Shown piece after piece: positions 1 through 5,649 of a stretch of DNA of 64,000 bases (the first letter of the stretch is position 1; every line of letters starts with the position of its first letter). The notes beneath the pieces are model-generated. The model saw only the letters and a list, made by a program, of their open reading frames with translations. It ran no database searches and was not told the DNA's origin. Origin of the DNA: a virus; IMG/VR virus record IMGVR_UViG_3300046804_004208, positions 1-64,000 of that record, one strand, 5' to 3'. A program made the translations under genes and the position numbers.

Positions 1-27
1 GGCAAATCCTACTGGGTGGCAGTTTAG
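1..27 (+). CDS. 3' end of an upstream cassette ORF (partial, GKSYWVAV*)
   Basis: Open frame ending TAG at 25-27, followed at once by the array's intergenic unit, implying the array continues left of the window. Confidence 0.45.
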   Translation, partial: GKSYWVAV

Positions 28-35
28 ATCCGCCA

Positions 36-88
36 GGGGGGCACACCCGCCCCCCGTGCTACAGTACCCAAGCAACCGACACCCCACC
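36..88 (+). promoter_or_regulatory. Type-B cassette promoter (extended -10 TGcTACAGT) with upstream GC hairpin
   Basis: GGGGGGC-ACACCC-GCCCCCC hairpin 36-55; TG-n-TACAGT 57-65; A/C-rich leader to ATG 89. Confidence 0.65.
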
Positions 89-259
89 ATGACCGACCGC
101 ACCCTCCGCAATGCCATCGCTGCCATGCTCTTCTGCTCTGTGAGCATCGTGGCAGGTGCCTGGACCCTGAAGGCCGCGGCAACCGTTGACGCCCACCAGG
201 AGCGCATGGCAGACGCCCTCTGCACCGCCGACCCTGCCTGGTGTGGTGAGCGCCGCTGA
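89..259 (+). CDS. Small protein with N-terminal hydrophobic/transmembrane helix (cassette 1)
   Basis: ATG at 89 after repeat leader; AIAAMLFCSVSIVAGAWTL hydrophobic stretch. Confidence 0.7.
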   Translation: MTDRTLRNAIAAMLFCSVSIVAGAWTLKAAATVDAHQERMADALCTADPAWCGERR

Positions 260-261
260 CC

Positions 262-296
262 TGCTACAGTACCCAAGCAACCGACACCCCACACCC
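262..296 (+). promoter_or_regulatory. Type-B cassette promoter (extended -10 TGcTACAGT)
   Basis: Near-identical copy of 57-88. Confidence 0.65.
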
Positions 297-476
297 ATGG
301 CGATCTTTTCACAGTGCTCCGACCTGCAGACCCGCGAAACCATGTGGGTCGCTCGCAAGACAGACGACGCACCCCAGACCCGCTTCGCTGGACAGATCAA
401 CCCTGCCGAAGGGTACTGGTGGGCAGCACGTTACGCCGAACGCTACGCCGACGACGTGGTGCCCCTGGAGGGTTGA
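297..476 (+). CDS. Hypothetical protein (cassette 2)
   Basis: ATG 297 after repeat leader; stop TGA overlaps the next -35 (TTGACC 473-478). Confidence 0.75.
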   Translation: MAIFSQCSDLQTRETMWVARKTDDAPQTRFAGQINPAEGYWWAARYAERYADDVVPLEG

Positions 477-526
477 CCCCTGCCCCCTGACCCTGTAGAA
501 TTCCAGAGCAAACCGCACCCCACCCC
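473..526 (+). promoter_or_regulatory. Type-A sigma70 promoter TTGACC-17-TAGAAT plus leader
   Basis: -35 at 473-478, -10 at 496-501, exact 17-bp spacer. Confidence 0.85.
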
Positions 527-691
527 ATGCTGGACGGAACCATCGCCACCGCCTTCCACGACCTGACCTCCTTCCAACTGGAGGAGTGGCTGTGGGAAGG
601 CAACCCCACCACCAAGGAGCAGCGGGCCATCCTGAAGGAACTGGCAACCCGCCAGCAGCGCCTGGAAGCAATCGCTGACCTGCTCTGGTGA
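527..691 (+). CDS. Hypothetical 54-aa protein (cassette 3; not in ORF track)
   Basis: MLDGTIATAFHDLTSFQLEEWLWEGNPTTKEQRAILKELATRQQRLEAIADLLW*; ATG 25 nt after the -10 like the other cassettes. Confidence 0.75.
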   Translation: MLDGTIATAFHDLTSFQLEEWLWEGNPTTKEQRAILKELATRQQRLEAIADLLW

Positions 692-698
692 CCCCTAC

Positions 699-760
699 GG
701 GGCACCTTGACGGGTGCCCCACCACCCTGTAGAATTCCAGAGCAAACCGCCACGGACCTG
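699..760 (+). promoter_or_regulatory. Type-A promoter TTGACG-17-TAGAAT; -35 is the loop of a perfect 8-bp stem
   Basis: GGGGCACC-TTGACG-GGTGCCCC 699-720; TAGAAT 730-735. Confidence 0.9.
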
Positions 761-967
761 ATGACCACCCTGACCCTGACCGTGACCCCTGCCATCGCTG
801 ATGAGATCTGCCACGCTCTGATCGACGCTGGTATCCGCTGGGGCGAACTGGAGACTGCTGCCCGCAACGGTGAGAACGGCATGGCACCCAGCGCCTGCCG
901 CAGCATCCGTGAGAGCGCCTTTGCCATCCGCACCATGATCCGTGAGCAGATGGCAGAGCAGATCTGA
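761..967 (+). CDS. Hypothetical protein (cassette 4)
   Basis: ATG 761, 25 nt after the -10. Confidence 0.75.
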   Translation: MTTLTLTVTPAIADEICHALIDAGIRWGELETAARNGENGMAPSACRSIRESAFAIRTMIREQMAEQI

Positions 968-974
968 CCCCCCA

Positions 975-1034
975 GGGGGGTTGGCAAACGACCCCCCATC
1001 CTGTAGAATTCCAGAGCAAACCGCAACGCACCCG
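975..1034 (+). promoter_or_regulatory. Type-A promoter TTGGCA-17-TAGAAT in hairpin
   Basis: GGGGGGT 975-981 / ACCCCCC 991-997; -35 at 981-986; -10 at 1004-1009. Confidence 0.85.
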
Positions 1035-1259
1035 ATGACCACCGCCCTCCGCGACTGCCTCAACGTGTACGCCCCTGGCACCACCTTCTCCGACATCCTG
1101 TGGGATTGCTCTCACCCTGCCGACGACACCATCGCCTGGCACATCGCCCTGGAGTCTGCAGAGATGCACTCCGCCCTCTACGACTTCCGCAAGGACTACG
1201 GGCACCTGCAGGGTGAGCGCATCGACTGCGGTGAGTTCCTCTCCTGGCTGGGGTACTGA
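1035..1259 (+). CDS. Hypothetical acidic protein (cassette 5)
   Basis: ATG 1035, 25 nt after the -10. Confidence 0.75.
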   Translation: MTTALRDCLNVYAPGTTFSDILWDCSHPADDTIAWHIALESAEMHSALYDFRKDYGHLQGERIDCGEFLSWLGY

Positions 1260-1267
1260 TCCGCTGA

Positions 1268-1330
1268 GGGGGTGGGTTGACCCCTGCCCCCCGACCCTGT
1301 AGAATTCCAGAGCAAACCGCAACGCACCCG
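1268..1330 (+). promoter_or_regulatory. Type-A promoter TTGACC-17-TAGAAT in hairpin
   Basis: GGGGGTGGG-TTGACC-CCTGCCCCC (two G.T pairs); -10 at 1300-1305. Confidence 0.9.
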
Positions 1331-1528
1331 ATGAGCAGCACCTGCCTCTACCGCATCGAACTGGATCGCGCCGATGGCACCACTGCCGTAGAGTTCCGCC
1401 GCCGCCGTCGTCCCACGACTCCTAAAGGGTTCGATCGCCAGCACAACAACGTGGTCAACTCTATCCTTGAGGAGATCCGCTACTACCGCATCGAAGGGTG
1501 GAAGCGCCTGACCGTGACGCGGGTGTGA
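1331..1528 (+). CDS. Hypothetical basic protein (cassette 6)
   Basis: ATG 1331; Arg-rich (FRRRRRP). Confidence 0.75.
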   Translation: MSSTCLYRIELDRADGTTAVEFRRRRRPTTPKGFDRQHNNVVNSILEEIRYYRIEGWKRLTVTRV

Positions 1529-1533
1529 GGGGG

Positions 1534-1587
1534 TCGACCCTCGGCACCCGACCCTGTAGAATTCCAGAGCAAACCGCAACGCACCCG
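1534..1587 (+). promoter_or_regulatory. Type-A promoter TCGACC-17-TAGAAT
   Basis: -35 at 1534-1539, -10 at 1557-1562; imperfect hairpin 1521-1549 overlapping the upstream stop. Confidence 0.8.
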
Positions 1588-1890
1588 ATGCCTGCCACCA
1601 CCGCCACCGCCTTCACCCCCGACCAGATGCTCTACCTGGGGCACTCCGTGTTCAGCAGCGCCATGCGCTCCTGGGCACTGGTGATGAACAACGACAACGA
1701 TGCCGAACTGCTGGTGCTGTTCAACAGCAGCGACACCGTGTACCGCTACGCCTTCCGCTCCTGGGAGGATGCCCGCAACTGGGATGAGATCCGCAAGCAG
1801 GGTGAGGATGAGGATGCCGACCGCATCTCCTGGGGGCGCTGCTTCCACCGCTTCTTGAGCGAAGGGGCGATCCTGCCCATCGCCGCCTGA
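1588..1890 (+). CDS. KTSC-domain-like protein (cassette 7)
   Basis: SSAMRS...ELLVLFNSSDTVYRY...SWGRCFHRFL matches the KTSC pattern SSxIxS..LxVxFxxGxxYxY..SxGxxFN. Confidence 0.6.
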   Translation: MPATTATAFTPDQMLYLGHSVFSSAMRSWALVMNNDNDAELLVLFNSSDTVYRYAFRSWEDARNWDEIRKQGEDEDADRISWGRCFHRFLSEGAILPIAA

Positions 1891-1897
1891 ACCCTAC

Positions 1898-1959
1898 GGG
1901 GCACCTTGACGGGTGCCCCCTGACCCTGTAGAATTCCAGAGCAAACCGCAACGCACCCG
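1898..1959 (+). promoter_or_regulatory. Type-A promoter TTGACG-17-TAGAAT; -35 in loop of perfect 8-bp stem
   Basis: GGGGCACC-TTGACG-GGTGCCCC 1898-1919, identical to 699-720; -10 at 1929-1934. Confidence 0.9.
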
Positions 1960-2220
1960 ATGCTCACCTCCATCATCCGCACCGCGATCCGCACCCGCCT
2001 CATCAACGACGGCCCGATGACCTGCAGCGATCTGGTTCGCGCCATGGGCATGGACCCCCGCCGCCATAAGGGCACCATCCACGCCGTGATGGTTGACCTG
2101 GAGAAGGCAGGCATCCTGGATTCCACCCGCAGCGACAACGGCAAGCGTGACCTCTGGTTCATCGTGCCCACCGCGATCCGCAAGCGTGATCGCCTTGCCG
2201 CCGCCATGGCAGGCATCTGA
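1960..2220 (+). CDS. Winged helix-turn-helix putative DNA-binding protein (cassette 8)
   Basis: IRTRLINDGPMTCSDLVRAMG...TIHAVMVDLEKAGILDS...DLWFI is a typical wHTH helix/wing pattern. Confidence 0.65.
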   Translation: MLTSIIRTAIRTRLINDGPMTCSDLVRAMGMDPRRHKGTIHAVMVDLEKAGILDSTRSDNGKRDLWFIVPTAIRKRDRLAAAMAGI

Positions 2221-2226
2221 TCTGCT

Positions 2227-2291
2227 GGGGGTGGGTTGACCCCTGCCCCCCGACCCTGTAGAATTCCAGAGCACACCACCCCCATACGAGA
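2227..2291 (+). promoter_or_regulatory. Type-A promoter TTGACC-17-TAGAAT in hairpin
   Basis: Near-identical to 1268-1314; -35 at 2236-2241, -10 at 2259-2264. Confidence 0.9.
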
Positions 2292-2588
2292 ATGGACTTC
2301 ACCATCACCCGCCTGCCCCGCCGTGGTCCCCGCAAGGGTGAGACTCTGACCCGCAACGCTCAGCACGGTGCTGGATCCGCCGTGGGTTCTGTTCGTGATT
2401 CTGACCTGCCCGCTGGTGGATTCTCCCATGCCGTTGGCGCTGGCAAGGGACTGACCATCACCCGCGTCAGTGGGTTGGGGCGTCAGTGGGTTGGCGATAA
2501 AGACGCCAACGCCTCCCGCTTCGCCGCCCAGGCGAAGGCAGACCGAATCGCTGCCGCCCGTGACCGCCTGGCAGAGCGGCAGGGGTGA
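2292..2588 (+). CDS. Hypothetical Gly/Ala/Arg-rich protein (cassette 9)
   Basis: ATG 27 nt after the -10; basic; internal xTITRx repeat. Confidence 0.7.
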   Translation: MDFTITRLPRRGPRKGETLTRNAQHGAGSAVGSVRDSDLPAGGFSHAVGAGKGLTITRVSGLGRQWVGDKDANASRFAAQAKADRIAAARDRLAERQG

Positions 2589-2835
2589 CAGTTCGTGGGG
2601 CGGCACACCCGCCCCTCATTCGTTCGTGAAGCAGCAGTTAATTGTATAACGTTATCGTTATGGCGGCGGGCCGTGTTTATAAAATCGATGGGTCCCACCA
2701 GTCTACAAAGTGTTACGAAAGGCATCGATATAATACCTTAAAAACAAAAAAATCCGGAATGAAAGAAAAGACTTAAAAGTTCATTGAAAATACACAAATC
2801 ATATATAATTTCAAAGTAAAAAATATATTAAAAAA

Positions 2836-3009
2836 ATGAAAAAAAAATCCGGAGATGAAAAACGCCCTATACAGGTTGATACAGTTAGTGGTGAGTATTA
2901 TGTTACCATTCCCGAGTGGATTATGAATGAATTATCTTGGTATGAGGATACTGAGATTAATTTTTTAATTGAAAATGGAGATGTTATTATATCAGAGTGT
3001 AATGAATAA
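2836..3009 (+). CDS. AbrB/MazE/SpoVT-like small DNA-binding protein (not in ORF track)
   Basis: MKKKSGDEKRPIQVDTVSGEYYVTIPEWIMNELSWYEDTEINFLIENGDVIISECNE*; 'VTIPxxxxxxLxWxxxxxIxFxxxxGxVII' is the AbrB swapped-hairpin signature. Confidence 0.7.
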   Translation: MKKKSGDEKRPIQVDTVSGEYYVTIPEWIMNELSWYEDTEINFLIENGDVIISECNE

Positions 3010-3184
3010 TAAGATAATGAAAGTTTATAACATATATGCAAAGAACAAGTGTTTATATCATCTTATAAGTGAACAAGAGTTTGAAATTACATGGAAAACA
3101 CTCAAAAATATGGTCGGTTTAATGAAGACCGACTACAGTGTTGAGGACCTTTCATATGAAGAGGCGTTCATTGACATTGTATAG
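3002..3184 (+). CDS. Hypothetical phage protein
   Basis: ORF track 2969..3184; ATG 3002 overlapping the upstream gene end is the likelier start. Confidence 0.6.
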   Translation: MNNKIMKVYNIYAKNKCLYHLISEQEFEITWKTLKNMVGLMKTDYSVEDLSYEEAFIDIV

Positions 3185-3199
3185 ATAATATTGTATGAT
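3171..3199 (+). promoter_or_regulatory. sigma70 (early) promoter
   Basis: TTGACA 3171-3176, 17 bp, TATGAT 3194-3199. Confidence 0.75.
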
Positions 3200-3221
3200 A
3201 TGATTGTAACTACTTTCAATT

Positions 3222-3977
3222 ATGGCAAAAGGATTTACTGTTAAGGCAAAGGCACCACTTACAAGCCAAGAAATGGAATGGGATTATGACAAAGCAAGAG
3301 AAATTCTTAAAGGTAAAAGTATAGTATTTTGTCTTCCTGGTAGAGGAGTTTCCTATACTTATCTTAAGAATTTTGTACAGCTATGTTTTGATCTTGTACA
3401 ATCTGGTGCAAGTATTCAAATATCTCAAGATTATTCTTCCATGGTTAACTTTGCAAGATGCAAATGCCTGGGAGCAAATGTTCTAAGGGGACCAGATCAA
3501 TTACCATGGGATGGTAAATTAAACTATGATTATCAGTTATGGATTGATAGTGATATTGTGTTTACAACTGAAAAGTTTTTACAACTAGTTTTAATGGATA
3601 AAGACATTGCAGCTGGTTGGTATTGTACAGAAGATGGTATGACATCTTCTGTTGCTCATTGGTTAGAAGAAGATGATTTTAGAACAAATGGTGGAGTGAT
3701 GAATCATGAGACCATTGAAACAATGAAAAATCGTAGAAAACCATTTACAGTTGATTATACTGGATTTGGTTGGTTACTAATTAAACATGGAGTTTTTGAG
3801 CATCCAGAAATGAAGTATCCATGGTTTGCACCAAAAATGCAAGTTTTTGAATCTGGAGATGTTCAAGATATGTGTGGAGAGGATGTAAGTTTCTGTCTGG
3901 ATGCAAAGGAAGCGGGATTTGAAATTTGGTGCGATCCTCGTATTAGAGTTGGTCACGAGAAAACAAGAATTATTTGA
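3222..3977 (+). CDS. GT-A fold (family 2-like) glycosyltransferase
   Basis: LWIDSD DxD motif, TGFGWLLIK, GEDVSFC, RVGHEK. Confidence 0.8.
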   Translation: MAKGFTVKAKAPLTSQEMEWDYDKAREILKGKSIVFCLPGRGVSYTYLKNFVQLCFDLVQSGASIQISQDYSSMVNFARCKCLGANVLRGPDQLPWDGKLNYDYQLWIDSDIVFTTEKFLQLVLMDKDIAAGWYCTEDGMTSSVAHWLEEDDFRTNGGVMNHETIETMKNRRKPFTVDYTGFGWLLIKHGVFEHPEMKYPWFAPKMQVFESGDVQDMCGEDVSFCLDAKEAGFEIWCDPRIRVGHEKTRII

Positions 3978-4145
3978 ATGTCTGACAATACACGATACAA
4001 TGTTTTTTGCAAAGGTCGGAAAATTTATTCCGATCTAGATCAAAATTCGTTTTTTGATGTAATGGAGGATCTGGCACAGGAATTTTATGAAAATGGAACA
4101 CCAGATCCTTCTGATATAACCACAGAAATTATTGGAGAAAATTAA
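3978..4145 (+). CDS. Hypothetical 55-aa acidic protein (not in ORF track)
   Basis: MSDNTRYNVFCKGRKIY...TEIIGEN*, abutting both neighbours. Confidence 0.7.
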   Translation: MSDNTRYNVFCKGRKIYSDLDQNSFFDVMEDLAQEFYENGTPDPSDITTEIIGEN

Positions 4146-4301
4146 ATGGCAGTAAAAGCAAAAGGTGGACTGAATAAGCACTCGTCTTATATTCCTGGTC
4201 CTCCTAAAAAATCTCGTCAAGGAGATGGTAATGGGACCAAATATGCAGCATCTTCTCGTAATAAAGCACGTAAAGCATATAGGGGTCAAGGAAAAGGATG
4301 A
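4146..4301 (+). CDS. Small basic 51-aa protein (not in ORF track)
   Basis: MAVKAKGG...KARKAYRGQGKG*; ATGA overlap with next gene. Confidence 0.7.
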   Translation: MAVKAKGGLNKHSSYIPGPPKKSRQGDGNGTKYAASSRNKARKAYRGQGKG

Positions 4302-4909
4302 GTTATTTCCTAAATGTCAATGATGAATGGAATCAAATACATCACAAAGACATTTGGGCATATAACAAATTGTCATTAAGTCGGATTTTGGAATACAAAT
4401 GTGGTCCTTCGGGTACTACTGTTCCAAAATCCGACTTTTATATTGTTCGGCCATGTATCAATTTAATGGGTATGGGCCGTTTTGCTCGTAAAGAATGGAT
4501 AGAGGATACGACAGAACATTTTCATCCATCAGAATTTTGGTGTGAAATCTTTCAAGGACCTCATTTAAGTGTTGATTTTCATGAGAAGAAGTCAAAATTG
4601 GTGGTTTTGGGTGAGAAAACTGCCAATGACCTCCTATACAAGTGGCGTAAATGGACTAAAATAGATGTAGAAGTAGATTTTCCTTTAATTTTATGCGATT
4701 TGGTTGGTAATTATGAGTGGATCAATTGTGAATTTATAGGAAATAAGTTAATTGAAGTTCAATTTAGGCAAAATCCAGATTTTAGATATAAAAATTCGGT
4801 TGCAGTTCCAATATGGGAGAAAAAAATAAATAAAAATATAAAAGGATATCGTTTTATTGAAGACTTAGAATACGATACATATAAAAGAAAAGGATTTTAT
4901 GTTGATTAA
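4298..4909 (+). CDS. Putative ATP-grasp fold protein
   Basis: YIVRP..NLMGMG, FWCEIFQG..LSVD, INCEF...KLIEVQFR resemble ATP-grasp motifs. Confidence 0.5.
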   Translation: MSYFLNVNDEWNQIHHKDIWAYNKLSLSRILEYKCGPSGTTVPKSDFYIVRPCINLMGMGRFARKEWIEDTTEHFHPSEFWCEIFQGPHLSVDFHEKKSKLVVLGEKTANDLLYKWRKWTKIDVEVDFPLILCDLVGNYEWINCEFIGNKLIEVQFRQNPDFRYKNSVAVPIWEKKINKNIKGYRFIEDLEYDTYKRKGFYVD

Positions 4910-4961
4910 GGGATAGAAACCCCTTAAAAAGTTCTAATTTTCTTTCATTTAGAACAAATTT

Positions 4962-5213
4962 ATGGCAATTCAACCAAATCCAGACAGAAATCAAGACTAC
5001 ATGTACAAAATGTGGGGAACAACTCATTTAGTGACTGATTATAATCAATCAAATTCAAAAAAAGTAATTCAAGAAATCATGCATGATGAAATTTTACCAA
5101 AAAAACATCATTTAAAAGAACAATCAGATCTTCATAAGATGATTCGTAATGATGATAACTATGATGATTGGGATTATGGTACAGAACCAAATTATGGAGA
5201 AACTTGGGCATAA
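4962..5213 (+). CDS. Hypothetical phage protein
   Basis: 83-aa ORF with acidic aromatic C-terminus (DDWDYGTEP). Confidence 0.65.
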   Translation: MAIQPNPDRNQDYMYKMWGTTHLVTDYNQSNSKKVIQEIMHDEILPKKHHLKEQSDLHKMIRNDDNYDDWDYGTEPNYGETWA

Positions 5214-5216
5214 ATA
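5209..5216 (+). promoter_or_regulatory. Late promoter (CATAAATA)
   Basis: NATAAATA just upstream of the baseplate cluster. Confidence 0.65.
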
Positions 5217-5243
5217 AAGTTAATGTAAAGTCTTGTTTGGTAA

Positions 5244-5648
5244 GTGGCACAGATACAGAAAATATCACAATCATTCAAAGATATTAGTTTGTCTCTAGAT
5301 GTTCACCCGATTACAAAAGATTTATTGACTATAAAAGATTCGGATGCAATTAAAAAATCAATCCGAAACTTAATACAAACAATTCCTGGAGAAAAATTTT
5401 TTAATTCATCTTTTGGATCGGAATTAAGAGTAAGTTTATTTGATTTTATTGATTTTGGTACTGCATCTGTGCTTCAACAACAAATTGAAATAGCTGTTTC
5501 AAATTATGAACCAAGAGTTGAAAATGTATCAGTTGAAGTAAATCCAAAACCAAATGATAATGCATTTGAAATTTCAGTATATTTTGATATTATCGGACAA
5601 GAATTTCCAAGTCAAAAATTCAACTATATTTTAGAGGCAACAAGATAA
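5244..5648 (+). CDS. gp25: Baseplate wedge subunit gp25
   Basis: AIKKSIRNLIQTIPGEKFF, FGS, YEPRV motifs; synteny. Confidence 0.9.
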   Translation: MAQIQKISQSFKDISLSLDVHPITKDLLTIKDSDAIKKSIRNLIQTIPGEKFFNSSFGSELRVSLFDFIDFGTASVLQQQIEIAVSNYEPRVENVSVEVNPKPNDNAFEISVYFDIIGQEFPSQKFNYILEATR

Positions 5649-5649
5649 A

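Larger units (their letters stand above)
28..2615 (+). repeat. GC-rich array of promoter-hairpin repeat units alternating with single small ORFs
   Basis: Core CCTGTAGAATTCCAGAGCA occurs 7 times (TAGAAT at 496, 730, 1004, 1300, 1557, 1929, 2259); TGCTACAGTACCCAAGCAACCGACACCCCAC occurs twice (TACAGT at 60, 265); each is followed by an ATG 23-27 nt after the -10. Confidence 0.95.

Noticed and set aside
493-506. GAATTC site and quasi-palindrome CTGTAGAATTCCAG over the -10 box as a methylation switch or recombinase core
   Set aside because: Largely a by-product of TAGAAT followed by TC; no methylase or recombinase in the window to support it
473-2291. CRISPR array interpretation of the repeated 20-40 bp motif
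   Set aside because: Intervening segments are about 200-350 bp, variable in length and are intact ORFs; the repeats are promoter-shaped; no cas genes are in the window
28-2615. Classical integron with attC sites
   Set aside because: No tyrosine integrase in the window, no RYYYAAC/GTTRRRY boxes, and each cassette has its own promoter, unlike typical integron cassettes; only the analogy is retained
59-2725. Long minus-strand ORFs (several starting MRFALEFYR) and + strand extensions containing PCRIPEQTAT
   Set aside because: These are translations of the repeat itself and stop-poor shadows of GC-rich coding DNA; the true starts are the ATGs after each leader
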